Positions 1-11,749 of a DNA stretch of 64,000 nucleotides are shown piece by piece. Positions within the stretch are counted from its first letter, which is position 1; every line of letters begins with the position of its first letter. Source of the DNA: Eledone cirrhosa (lineage: Eukaryota); NCBI GenBank assembly GCA_964016885.1, contig OZ024742.1:496001-560000 (forward strand), in the 5' to 3' direction. The notes under the pieces were generated by a model. It saw nothing but the letters and a program-made list of their open reading frames with translations, made no database searches and was not told where the DNA came from. The translations under genes were made by a program, and so were the position numbers.

Positions 1-118
1 AAACGGCTTGAGCTCTGCCGTCGGAGTTAAACTTTTTCCTATTACCCACTCTATTACCCTAAGTATTGAGTACTCTGGTGTGCTATGGTCCATCTGGTTC
101 CTTACCACACCTCCTTCG

Positions 119-120
<2 letters not shown>
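1..120. repeat. Arm of a short (TA)n-flanked interspersed element, truncated by the window start
   Basis: Its reverse complement aligns with ~62205-62324 (GTGGTAAGGAACCAGATGGACCATA...CCAGAGTACTCAATACTTAGGGTA...). It ends directly in (AT)n at 121-155. Confidence 0.85.
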
Positions 121-157
<37 letters not shown>

Positions 158-291
158 TGGTTGAGTAGATTGGTGGTTTACTGAGGAAGGTATCAATATC
201 AAGAGTTTATGCTATGGCTGAGTGTATAAGCAAGGTTTCACATTAAGGTCTTTATTGATTATACAGTTGAGATTTTAGCTTTGCTTGATGA

Positions 292-378
292 ACAAGTCTG
301 AAGAGTAGATCGGGCTAGAGTCAGGTCTAGTGTTTATAGAGATCCTGAGCCACCCATCTGTGAAACGGTCGTAACTGT
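292..378 (+). ncRNA. Type I hammerhead ribozyme motif (Penelope/retrozyme-like, partly decayed) in a ~260-bp element between (AT)n and (GA)n
   Basis: CTGAAGA 298-304; stem II GTAGAT..GGG / CCC.ATCTGT (305-361); GAAAC 362-366; loop GGTC; GTA cleavage triplet 371-373; short bulged stem I ACAAGT/ACTGT; AATAAA 387-392. Confidence 0.65.
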
Positions 379-956
379 GGATAATCAATAAAGACCTGAA
401 TGTCTTACTTCACTGTTGAGAGAGAGAGAGAGAGGGGGAGAGAGAGAGAGAGAGAGAGAGATGACACACAGTATTTACAAAGTACTATAGACTTTGAACC
501 AAGGTTTTCTAGGCCCAGTACATAAATTGCATGACTGTTTTTCACATTATTTTCTTAGGAAAAGGTGCAATTTATACACAAGTATATATGGTGTGTGTGT
601 GTGTATGTATATATATATATATATATAGACACACTCAACAGACTGGTCTAGAAGCAGCACACAATCACACCATGTAGGGCTCATAAGACTAATAATAAAA
701 ATAGCAGAAAGATCTGTTTCCTATCAACTCAATGCTACATAAACAGAAGTTAGCACTGAACAACATGTAAACTATTATAAAACCACAAGTTATCCTTCCT
801 CTTCATATCTTACAAACAAGCCAGATGTCATAAACAGCTTTCATCTGTTGTTTCTTTTATTCTCCTTAGTGAGGTGGGAGGGAGCTAACGTGCTAAATTA
901 AATAACTTCATCAAACAACCCTAAATTGTTTCCAGTATCATACAAATTAAAATTGT

Positions 957-3630
957 TTAACCCTTTCATTACCATATTTCTAATGAAAGACACTACCTAT
1001 GTCATTAACCCTTTCATTACCATATTTCTAATGAAGACACTGTCTATGTCATTAACCCTTTCATTACCATATTTCTAATGAAGACACTGTCTATGTCATT
1101 AACCCTTTCATTACCATATTTCTAATGAAAGACACTGTCTATGTCATTAACCCTTTCATTACCATATTTCTAATGAAAAACACTACCTATGTCATTAACC
1201 CTTTCATTACCATATTTCTAATGAAAGATACTGTCTATGTCATTAACCCTTTCATTACCATATTTCTAATGAAAGACACTGTCTATGTCATTAACCCTTT
1301 CATTACCATATTTCTAATGAAAGATACTGTCTATGTCATTAACCCTTTAATTACCATATTTCTAATGAAAGACACTGTCTATCTCATTAACCCTTTCATT
1401 ACCATATTTCTAATGAAAGACACTGTCTATGTCATTAACCCTTTCATTACCATATTTCTAATGAAAGACACTGTCTATGTCATTAACCCTTTCATTACCA
1501 TTTTTCTAATGAAAGACACTAGATATGTCATTAACCCTTTCATTACCATATTTCTAATGAAAGACACTGTCTATGTCATTAACCCTTTCATTACCATATT
1601 TCTAATGAAAGACACTACCTATGTCATTAACCCTTTCATTACCATATTTCTAATGAAAGACACTACCTATGTCATTAACCCTTTCATTAACATATTTCAA
1701 ATGAAAGACACTGTCTATGTCATTAACCCTTTCATTACCATATTTCTAATGAAATACACTGTCTATGTCATTAACCCTTTCATTACCATATTTCTAATGA
1801 AAAACACTATACCTATGTCATTAACCCTTTCATTACCATATTTCTAATGAAAGACACTACCTATGTCATTAACCCTTTCATTACCATATTTCAAATGAAA
1901 GACACTGTCTATGTCATTAACCCTTTCATTACCATATTTCTAATGAAAGACACTAGATATGTCATTAACCCTTTCATTACCATATTTCTAATGAAAGACA
2001 CTAGATATGTCATTAACCCTTTCATTACCATATTTCTAATGAAAGACACTACCTATGTCATTAACCCTTTCATTACCATATTTCTAATGAAAGGCACTAC
2101 CTATGTCATTAACCCTTTCAGTAACATATTTCAAATGAAAGACACTGTCTATGTCATTAACCCTTTCATTACCATATTTCTAATGAAAGACACTGTCTAT
2201 GTCATTAACCCTTTCATTACCATATTTCTAATGAAAGACACTGTCTATGTCATTAACCCTTTCATTACCATATTTCTAATGAAAGACACTACCTATGTCA
2301 TTAACCCTTTCATTACCATATTTCTAATGAAAGACACTACCTATGTCATTAACCCTTTCAGTAACATATTTCAAATGAAAGACACTGTCTATGTCATTAA
2401 CCCTTTCATTACCATATTTCTAATGAAAGACACTGTCTATGTCATTAACCCTTTCATTACCATATTTCTAATGAAAGACACTACCTATGTCATTAACCCT
2501 TTCATTACCATATTTCTAATGAAAGACACTACCTATGTCATTAACCCTTTCATTACCATATTTCAAATGAAAGACACTGTCTATGTCATTAACCCTTTCA
2601 TTACCATATTTCTAATGAAAGACACTAGATATGTCATTAACCCTTTCATTACCATATTTCTAATGAAAGACACTAGATATGTCATTAACCCTTTCATTAC
2701 CATATTTCTAATGAAAGACACTACCTATGTCATTAACCCTTTCATTACCATATTTCTAATGAAAGACACTACCTATGTCATTAACCCTTTCATTAACATA
2801 TTTCAAATGAAAGACACTGTCTATGTCATTAACCCTTTCATTACCATATTTCTAATGAAAGACACTGTCTATGTCATTAACCCTTTCATTACCATATTTC
2901 TAATGAAAGACACTATACCTATGTCATTAACCCTTTCATTACCATATTTCTAATGAAAGACACTACCTATGTCATTAACCCTTTTATTAACATATTTCAA
3001 ATGAAAGACACTGTCTATGTCATTAACCCTTTCATTACCATATTTCTAATGAAAGACACTGTCTATGTCATTAACCCTTTCATTACCATATTTCTAATGA
3101 AAGACACTACCTATGTCATTAACCCTTTCATTACCATATTTCTAATGAAAGACACTACCTATGTCATTAACCCTTTCATTACCATATTTCAAATGAAAGA
3201 CACTGTCTATGTCATTAACCCTTTCATTACCATATTTCTAATGAAAGACACTGTCTATGTCATTAACCCTTTCATTACCATATTTCTAATGAAAGACACT
3301 ACCTATGTCATTAACCCTTTCATTACCATATTTCTAATGAAAGACACTGTCTATGTCATTAACCCTTTCATTACCATATTTCTAATGAAAGACACTACCT
3401 ATGTCATTAACCCTTTCATTACCATATTTCTAATGAAAGACACTGTCTATGTCATTAACCCTTTCATTACCATATTTCTAATGAAAGACACTACCTATGT
3501 CATTAACCCTTTCATTACCATATTTCTAATGAAAGACATTGTCTATGACATTAACCCTTTCATTACCATATTTCTAATGAAAGACACTATGTCATTAACC
3601 CTTTCATTACCATATTTTAATGAAAGATAC
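957..3630 (+). repeat. 48-bp minisatellite, ~55 copies (TTAACCCTTTCATTACCATATTTCTAATGAAAGACACTGTCTATGTCA)
   Basis: Direct tandem periodicity (16-aa period in the ORF track). GTC/ACC/AGA variants and occasional 47- or 50-bp units. Confidence 0.97.
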
Positions 3631-3788
3631 ATTACTCAACTGGTGTTTGGAGCACACCTCTACAAAAATTCACAGATAATATTATGATGGAAGGTTTTTA
3701 GATAAAAATATACAAACACTTTAAAATAAACAGTTTTGCATGAAAGAAGCAGGGGCTGTTTCATGCAGTTTGCTATCAAAAGCATTAA
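957..3788 (+). mobile_element. TTAA-flanked MITE (piggyBac-like termini), copy 1, with left end amplified into the 48-bp array
   Basis: Starts TTAA|CCCTTT. The segment 3640-3788 parallels 4405-4539 of copy 2 (TGTTTGGAG...ATGGAAGGTTTTTAGATAAA...AAACACTTTAAAA.AAACAGTTTTG) and ends AAAAGCATTAA. Confidence 0.65.
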
Positions 3789-4539
3789 CTATTTTGTTAC
3801 CATATTTCTAATGAAAGACACTGTTTGTGATTTTCAAATAATTTTTAAAATAATCAAGAATTTGGAGGCATTTATTCATATAATTAACTTTCTCATTATT
3901 AATTCTTAACATCTTGTATCATGTGAAACCACATGAGCAAAAGTATAAAACAGTACTATGACTGCATCATATTAAAAATGGAAGTCTTTACTCTCTGAAT
4001 TGAGAGATCACAGCTCTGATACTACAGACATGCAGTTAGAATGTCTAAGGAAAGAATTGCTGGACAGATTTTATGGACAAAACCTACTGACAGGAGATCC
4101 AGAGGTAGACCCCAAGCAAGATAGTTGGGTAACATCCATGAGCTTGGCTGATCTCACTTGGGAATTCAGCCAAATCAATTGGAGACGGTTGCTTCAGACA
4201 GGACCTGCTGGAAGGAGTGTTTGAAGACTCCGCCTCCATGACCTTCCCAGGAATAAGTGGGGGACAAAGATGAAGTCTTTACACTAATGCTGCAAATTCT
4301 CATAACAATTTGTCCATAAATGAAGATACTATAAAACACTTGAATTAACAAAGCCAATTTTAGATATTTTCTGCTAAATCATTACAGGATGTTATGAGTT
4401 AATCTGCTGTTTGGAGTGTAAGTTAACATGAAATTACAATGGAAGGTTTTTAGATAAATATATAAACACTTTAAAACAAACAGTTTTGTATGATTGAACG
4501 AGGAACTGTTTAGAGGCTGGTTGTTATCCAAAGGGTTAA
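3785..4539 (+). mobile_element. TTAA-flanked MITE, copy 2, interrupted by a LINE fragment
   Basis: Begins TTAACTATTTTGTTACCATATTTCTAATGAAAGACACTG (one copy of the 48-bp unit) and ends AAAGGG|TTAA at 4530-4539. Shares the TTAA at 3785-3788 with copy 1. Confidence 0.7.
3990..4262 (+). mobile_element. 3' remnant of a Rex3/Expander-like RTE LINE
   Basis: Degenerate translation IERSQL*YYRHAVRMSKERIAGQILWTKPTDRRSRGRP...W..PP, typical of an RTE ORF C-terminus. A second copy lies at 53322-53600 on the minus strand. Confidence 0.7.
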
Positions 4540-4801
4540 TCTTCTGCAGAAGTAAATAATAGATTCCAGATAAAACTACTGATACAAACATAAATATATA
4601 ACAGTACAGATAAAGACATCATCATCACCACCATCACAATCACCATCACCACCATCATCACCACCACTATCACGACCACTATCACGACCACTATCACCAC
4701 CATCACTACCATCTGCCAATTCACTGCCCTTAATAATGAAAATGTTATAATTACTACAGCCCTGAAAATAGAGTATAAAAAAATAATAATTCCAGTTAAA
4801 G

Positions 4802-5785
4802 TTAACCCTTTTTCATACCAACCTGGCCCAACAAACCCTACTTCTAAGAAACAAAACAACCCTTTTCCATACCAACCTGGCCCCAACAGACCCTACTTCT
4901 AGGAAACAAAACAACCCCTTTTCATACCAATCTGGCCCCAACAGACCCTACTTCTAAGAAACAAAACCCTTTTTCATACCAACCTGGCCCCAACAGACCA
5001 TACTTCTAGGAAACAAAACAACCCTTTTTCATACCAACCTGGCCCCAACAGACCCTACTTCTAGGAAACAAAACAACCCCTTTTCATACCAACCTGGCCC
5101 CAACAGACCCTACTTCTAGGAAAAAAAACAACCCTTTTTCATACCAACCTGGCCCCAACAGACCATACTTCTAGGAAACAAAACAACCCTTTTTCATACC
5201 AACCTGGCCCAACAAACCCTACTTCTAAGAAACAAAACAACCCCTTTTCATACCAACCTGGCCCCAACAGACCCTACTTCTAGGAAACAAAACAACCCTT
5301 TTTCATACCAACCTGGCCCCAACAGACCCTACTTCTAGGAAACAAAACAACCCTTTTTCATACCAATCTGGCCCCAACAGACCCTACTTCTAGGAAACAA
5401 AACCCTTTTTCATACCAACCTGGCCCCAACAGACCCTACTTCTAGGAAACAAAACAACCCTTTTTAATACCAACCTGGCCCCAACAGACCATACTTCTAG
5501 GAAACAAAACAACCCTTTTTAATACCAATCTGGCCCCAACAGACCCTACTTCTAGGAAATAAAACAACCCTTTTTCATACCAACCTGGCCCCAACAGACC
5601 CTACTTCTAGGAAACAAAACACTTTTTCATACCAACCTGGCCCCAACAGACCATACTTCTAGGAAACAAAACAACCCTTTTTCATACCAATCTGGCCCCA
5701 ACAGACCCTACTTCTAGGAAATAAAACAACCCTTTTTCATACCAATCTGGCCCCAACAGACCCTACTTCTAGAGAACAAAACAGC
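4802..5785 (+). repeat. 55-bp minisatellite, ~18 copies (CCCTTTTTCATACCAACCTGGCCCCAACAGACCCTACTTCTAGGAAACAAAACAA)
   Basis: Tandem periodicity (TAGGA at 5281 and 5336), a few shortened units. The array starts at TTAACCCTTT. Confidence 0.95.
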
Positions 5786-6043
5786 TCTTTTTTTTTTTAT
5801 TAATTTATATTAAATATTTTCCAATATAATTTTATAAAAACCATATGTTAAGTCACAATATTAATAATGATATATTTATTTTAGTTTTAAAAAAATCCCT
5901 CAAATATTTTTCCTAATTGTAATAAAAAATTGTATTTCATTAGAAATACAATGATGGTTATTGGTAAGTTTAGATAAAGATTGCCAGTAAGTTCTCTTTA
6001 TCAGAGCAAAATCTAAAGTTGTTGGCAAAGTTTAAACATTATA

Positions 6044-6099
<56 letters not shown>

Positions 6100-6127
6100 A
6101 TCAAAAGATGGTTAAAGGAGTTCCATG

Positions 6128-6198
6128 TATTTTATTATGCGCATTTCAAAAACAAACATCATCATGCAATAATATTTGTGTTTTCATCAGATAAAACA
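6128..6198 (-). ncRNA. Minimal type I hammerhead ribozyme at the 3' end (pLTR) of the Penelope-like element
   Basis: Minus strand reads UGUUUUAU-CUGAUGA-[16-position stem II, one mismatch, GCAU loop]-GAAA-UGCGC-AUA-AUAAAAUA. It has an 8-bp stem I, an intact core and a palindromic stem III (AUGCGCAU). Confidence 0.85.
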
Positions 6199-6296
6199 GG
6201 AGAACATGATATGAAGACTAAAAAACACTTGTGGATAGTGCAGTTTTAAATCAACATATGAAAAGTAGTTTTAGAATGATGTGATATTGGGAAAAA

Positions 6297-7120
6297 TATT
6301 TTATTTAGAGGGGGGGGGGGGGTGGAAAGGATGAAAAAAGGGGAGGAGATGAGAGTGAAGGTGGAGAGGGAGAGATGGGTGATAGAGAGAAAGAGATAGT
6401 TTTTATAACTGAGAGAAGATATATTGTTTTACATAGAGAGGTTGAAAACCGTTGGAAGATAATGTATAAATTAAAAGAATTTGAAAATTAACGAAGGGAA
6501 AAATATGTACGAGGAAAAAAAAATATATATATTTTATTTAGAGAGGGGTGGTGGAAAGGATGAAAAAAGGGGAGGAGATGAGAGTGAAGGTGGAGAGGGA
6601 GAGATGGGTGATAGAGAGAAAGAGATAGTTTTTATAACTGAGAAAAGATATATTGTTTTACATAGAGAGGTTGAGAACCGTTGGAAGATAATGTATAAAT
6701 TAAAAGAATTTGAAAATTAACGAAGGGAAAAAAATATGTACGAGGAAAGAGAGGGAGTTGATATGTATTGAGATTAAAAATTGAGATTAAAAAGTTTGAA
6801 GATAGAGAGAAAAAATAATAATTGCGGATGAATGTTCTAACGTCAAAAAGGTGTATGTTTATAAGTATTATGGCAATTTCAAAATTAATGAAGAGAAAAA
6901 ATTATTAAGGTTTGCGTGTTGAAGGATTTGAGAAAAATAATGTGAAGTTAAAGTTTGTATATTGAAGGAATTGATAATATGTGCGAAGAAAGAGTTAATA
7001 TGTATTAAAAAATTATTAAGGTTTGTGTATTAGATGATTTGAGAAAAATAATGTGAAGTTAAGGTTTGTATATTGAAGGAATTGATAATATTTGCGAAGA
7101 AAGAGTTAATATGTATTAAG
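6297..7120. repeat. Two tandem duplications in the PLE 3' UTR (~230 bp x2 and ~110 bp x2)
   Basis: GGTGGAAAGGATGAAAAAAGGGG...GTACGAGGAAA at ~6321 and ~6550; AAAATTATTAAGGTTTG...GAGTTAATATGTATTAA at ~6898 and ~7009. Confidence 0.9.
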
Positions 7121-7413
7121 AATGAATATTCTAGCGTCAAAAGAAGTAGAGGGAGTTAATATATTGAGATTAAAAAGTTTGATGATGGAGAGAAAAAAAT
7201 AATAATTGCGGATGAATATTCTAACGTCAAAAAAACAAATGTATATGTTATGAAGGATTTTACAAGGTGAAGATAGAATGAGGGTAATGAGTAAACAAGT
7301 ATTATAGAGTGTATAATGCCCTTTGAAGTAAGGTAGGAAGATGGGTATAATTTAAAGAGGTGTGTGTATATGTGCCTTTGAGAAAAGATTCTAAATTGAT
7401 AAAGAATTGAATA

Positions 7414-9147
7414 TTAGCTGTATACTTTGTGAAAAGTCCTATGGAATTTATGCAGGCAGATAGAAAACAAATGTGCGTCTATTTATTATAGAATCTAGAT
7501 TAGAGATAATGGTAAATTTTTCATTTAGGCAGAGATTACAGATTTTAGACAGAGAGCTGTTCAAGTATGAGGACGCAGAAGAAACTTTCTTCCAAAAGAT
7601 GGTATATTTAATGTTTTTGTCTTTTAAGGACCATATGAGTTCTGAGAGAGCAGTGTTAGTTCTTTTAAGTTTGTATTTGAAAGATGAATGATGATTATAG
7701 AGACGAGCTTTAAAAGAGGTGGAAGTGGAGCCAAAATAGGTGAAGGAATTGGTGCTAGTTATAACTTTACATTCATAAATTAAGTTTTTATCGAGACAAT
7801 GGTTGTTGAGAGGACATTTATTTTTAATGCGGCAGTTGCAATTAGAGAGATTATTAATGAGTGACCTAGTGTTATCTATAGAAGGAATTGGATTGGAGAA
7901 GTTGTTTGCGATAGGAATAATAGGAATAATAGTTTCTTGATTTAGAGTTGGATTATGAACATTTAGCGAAGTTGTGTTTGACGTTGTATTTGGGTTTACA
8001 GAAGTTAGCCTAGGGTTTACAATGACGTCGGGAGTACTATTACTGTTATTATGAAATTCAATGTTGGAAGGAAGAGATTTAGTATTTAGTATTTTATTGT
8101 TGTGTTTAGAGATAATGTTGGAAATATTGGAGGATGTAGAATAAGAAAATTTGATGGTGTGTTTGTTAAATATTTTACTATAGATATGTGAGGGAGGGAA
8201 GCATTTATTTAAGGCACTAAAAAATAATTTAGGAATATTGTTATTAATAGAGATGGAGAAAGGAGCATTATACCAGATTATGTTTTTGTATCTAGGTCTT
8301 TTATTAAAGTTATTGGAATGATGATGATTAATTATTCTACTGTAAGTTTTTCTAGAATTTGTTTCTTTACTATATTTGATTTTATCTGGATAACCGGCTT
8401 TAGAAAGTGCGTTATTATAGTAATTGGCGTTAGCATCAAAGATGTTTTTATTAGAAGATATGTTAGATATTCTTTTTCCAATATTACTAACTATAGCATT
8501 CTTGATATTGGTAGGATGGTTAGATTTAAAGTTAACATAATTTAGGTTCTCATTGTTTTTATGGTAAGGGTAGTATAGGCCAGTGTCAAGATTAAGAGAT
8601 ACATCCAAGAAATTAGCTAGTTTGATACTATTATCAAATTCAATTTTTAGGTTATGTTGGTTAAAGAGATTACGTATGTTGTTCTTAATAATATTAAGGT
8701 TAACTATATTGCAATTTAAGATAGTAAAGAGTCCATCGTCACGATAAATTCCACCGCGAAGTTGAGGAATTTTCCGACTCAAAGAGTTCAAAATAAAGAT
8801 ACCAATTAAATCAGTCAATTGGGATGAATCGGATGCTCCCATTGTGATGTCAAAGTTGTTAGAGGTATCGGCTCTGGTCCAATATTCGTTGTTGAACTCT
8901 AGGATGGTTTTACGTGCGGTGAGGATGATGTGAAGTTCATCTGTGGTGATGTCAGAATATTTAAGTGCGAAAGATAGAGCATTATTGAGAAGTGAAGGCG
9001 AAATGGAGGAATAGTAGCTGGCAATATCAAATTGAATAAATTTTAGTTTGTTTTTATTATCCAATTTGTTGAACCAGCCTACAAACTGTAGAGTGCTTCT
9101 TATCCGATATCTGCATTGCTTTATTGTACTACAATAAAACTCACCTC

Positions 9148-9150
<3 letters not shown>
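7414..9150 (-). pseudogene. Penelope-like reverse transcriptase + GIY-YIG endonuclease; 5' truncated, C-terminal frameshift
   Basis: RT motifs FDIASYYSSI, ITMGASDS, IYRDDGL, NFLDVSLNL. EN region CNCRIKNKCPLNNHC..LIY..TYFGST..FKARLYNH and CNLCLNEK. After NRRT another frame gives FSICLHK...stop at 7414, implying a frameshift near 7470. The track's N-terminal MYIYIY is microsatellite. Confidence 0.9.
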
Positions 9151-9182
<32 letters not shown>

Positions 9183-9538
9183 CATACACATATGCATATT
9201 TATATATATATACACATATATGCATATATACATACACATATGCATATATACATACACATATGCATATATATATATACATACATACATATATATACATATA
9301 TGCATATATATAAATATGCATATATATACACATACACACATACATACACATATACATGCATATATACACACATACACATATGCATATATATACACACACA
9401 CATACATATACATATATATATATGCATATATATATATGCATATATATATATACACATACACACATACATACACATATATGTGCATATATATATATATACA
9501 CACACACATATATATGCATATATATATATACATATGTA

Positions 9539-9583
<45 letters not shown>
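9151..9583. repeat. Compound (TA)n/(CA)n/TGCA microsatellite
   Basis: Direct reading; source of the YI/HT-rich spurious ORFs. Confidence 0.95.
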
Positions 9584-9586
<3 letters not shown>

Positions 9587-10178
9587 CGAGTTTGAAAAGC
9601 TCCAGTTATCTATATTCTGGTTCTAATCAGGTCTTTGGAAGTTTTAGAGATTTTCTTACATAAGTTTCAGATTATCTGAAGATTCAGTGGGAAAACCAAC
9701 AGCCAAGTCTTGAGCGGAGTTGGGCGTGTGTGTATATGATATATTCACCGAGTAAAATAGAGGGAAATATAAGGTTTTTCTTCATTTCGTTTCGTAAAAA
9801 TATAATTTTATTTGACAGCGAGGTTACCTATATAAGTTTATTGTATATTATATACATTTATATAGGTTTTCATATACACCATCTATCTTTCTATCTAGAG
9901 AGAGAGATAGAGTGAGAGAGGGGGAATGTGTGTGTATATATATATATATAATGTGTATAAACATATATACATGTGTCCATACATACATGTGTGTATGTAT
10001 ATATATATATATATCTAAGACAGTCTGATCGAACCTATATATGATGTCTGATAGTATACAGATATATAACTGCTATAGATCAGTCAATATGTCAATATGA
10101 TCAACCCTCCGAAACTATCGTAAAACAATGATATGAATTGGTAAATTAACTTGACTTTGTTGTTGTTTTCATTGTTAA

Positions 10179-10356
10179 GGAAGACACAGAAGAGGAAGAC
10201 CACGAAAAACATGGGTGGAGGTGGTGAGAGCAGACCTCAGATCGCTGAAGCTCACGGAAGAGATGATGAAGGACCATGACAAGTGGAGAGATGCAGTGCT
10301 GAATAGGACCCGTCCCACCCTTGCAAGCAGGGAAAAGCAGACGTACATTGATGATG
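10179..10356 (+). mobile_element. 3' end of an RTE LINE with (GAT)n tail
   Basis: RGRPRKTWVEVVRADLRSLKLT..DHDKWRDAVL..RPTLASREK; same family as the adjacent minus-strand copy. Confidence 0.85.
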
Positions 10357-10362
10357 AATTAT

Positions 10363-11658
10363 CATCATCATCATCATCATTTTACGTCCGCTTCTCCCTG
10401 CTTGCAAGGGTGGGACGGATCTTATTCAGCACAGCATCTCTCCACTCGTCACGGTCCCTCGTCATCTTCACCGTGAGCTTCAATGATCTGAGGTCTGTTC
10501 TCACCACCTCCGCCCATGTTTTTCGTGGTCTACCTCTACCACGTCTTCCTTCAACTGGCATTTCCTGGCACTTCACCCATCGGTCATCCTCCATGCGCAT
10601 CACATGTCCATACCACCTCAGTCTCCTCTCCCATACACTACATTCTATCCCTCTTAGACACAGTTTCTCTCTCAACACATTTATGCTGGGTCGTTCACGC
10701 ACATTTACACTGCACATCCAACGGAGCATGCTTGCCTCATTTCTCTCCAGCCGTCGCATATCCTCTGCAGTTGCTGCCCATGTCTCACTACCATGCAACA
10801 TCACGCTCCTCACACAGGCATCATACAACCGGCCTTTCGTACGCAGGGAGAAACCCTTCTTCGTCAACAGAGGAAGCAGCTCCCTAAACTTCTTCCAACC
10901 CGTCCTTATTCTAGATACTATGGCCTCGGAACACCCTCCTCCCATGCTAATCTGATCTCCTAGGTACTGGAAGCTATCCACCACTTCTATAGCGCCCTCC
11001 TGCATCTGAAAAATGTGTCTATCAATGCGACTTCTACTGTCCAATTTCCCTGTACATCTACTGCATACATATTTCTCCCTACCTGTTAGTTTGCCTGCTA
11101 TCCCGCTACATCTCTTGTGTACCCAGGATCTGCATTGTGTGCATTTTATAGAATTTATGCCAGTTCCTTTTCTGCATATCGAACATGGCCATTTCCCTGA
11201 CGGAATCAGGGTTTTGTCATCTTTTCTACTCATCAACACTTTTGTCTTAGCTAGGTTCACTCTCAGTCCTCTTGCTTCCAACTGCTGTTTCCATAGCCAG
11301 AATATATTCTCTAGCTCCTCTACTGATTCTGCTATAAGAACCAGATCGTCAGCATAGAGAAGTTCCCATGGACAGCCAGTCTTAAACTCCTCTGTTATAG
11401 CTTGGAGGACTATAATGAACAATTGCAAGAGAGGTTTTTAGAGAAAAATAAGCCACTATACTTAGCCTTTGTTGACATAGAGAAGGCCTTTGATAGGGTA
11501 CCCTGATCTGTCATCTGGTGGTCCCTAAGGAAGCTAGGTGTTGAGGAATGGCTTGTGAGGACAGTGCAAACTTTGTACAGAGGTACTCTCAGTAAAGTCA
11601 GGGTAGGAATGGAGTTTAGTGAGGAATTCCAGATACAAGCAGGAGTACATCAAGGTTC
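10363..11658 (-). mobile_element. RTE-clade LINE, 5' truncated, with inverted 5' segment (11425-11658) and 10-bp TSD
   Basis: Minus ORF with WELLYADDL, a PHD-like Cys insertion, YLG, LHGSETW, LRWYGHV and a (GAT)n tail. The plus segment LAFVDIEKAFDRVP...GVHQGS is the upstream RT part. GATGAATTAT occurs at 10353-10362 and 11659-11668. Confidence 0.9.
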
Positions 11659-11683
11659 GATGAATTATATATATATATATATA

Positions 11684-11728
11684 CATCATCATTTCATTTT
11701 ACGTCCGCTTTTCCCCTGCTTGCAAGGG
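11684..11728 (-). mobile_element. ~45-bp extreme 3' stub of the same RTE family within (TA)n
   Basis: CATCATCATTTCATTTTACGTCCGCTTTTCCCCTGCTTGCAAGGG matches ~10378-10410. Confidence 0.8.
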
Positions 11729-11749
11729 TATATATATATATATATATAT

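Larger units (their letters stand above)
6098..9150 (-). mobile_element. 5'-truncated Penelope-like retroelement (Naiad-type) between TA-rich microsatellites
   Basis: RT-EN ORF, ~1.3-kb 3' UTR and terminal hammerhead. Flanked by (TA)n at ~6053-6097 and from 9151. Confidence 0.85.

Noticed and set aside
1125-3687. ORFs of MKDTVYVINPFITIFL repeats
   Set aside because: Read-through of a 48-bp MITE-derived minisatellite, with frameshifts and no unique domain.
9655-9700. GAAACTTATGTA (minus) next to CTGAAGA (plus)
   Set aside because: The core halves lie on opposite strands, so no hammerhead can be folded.
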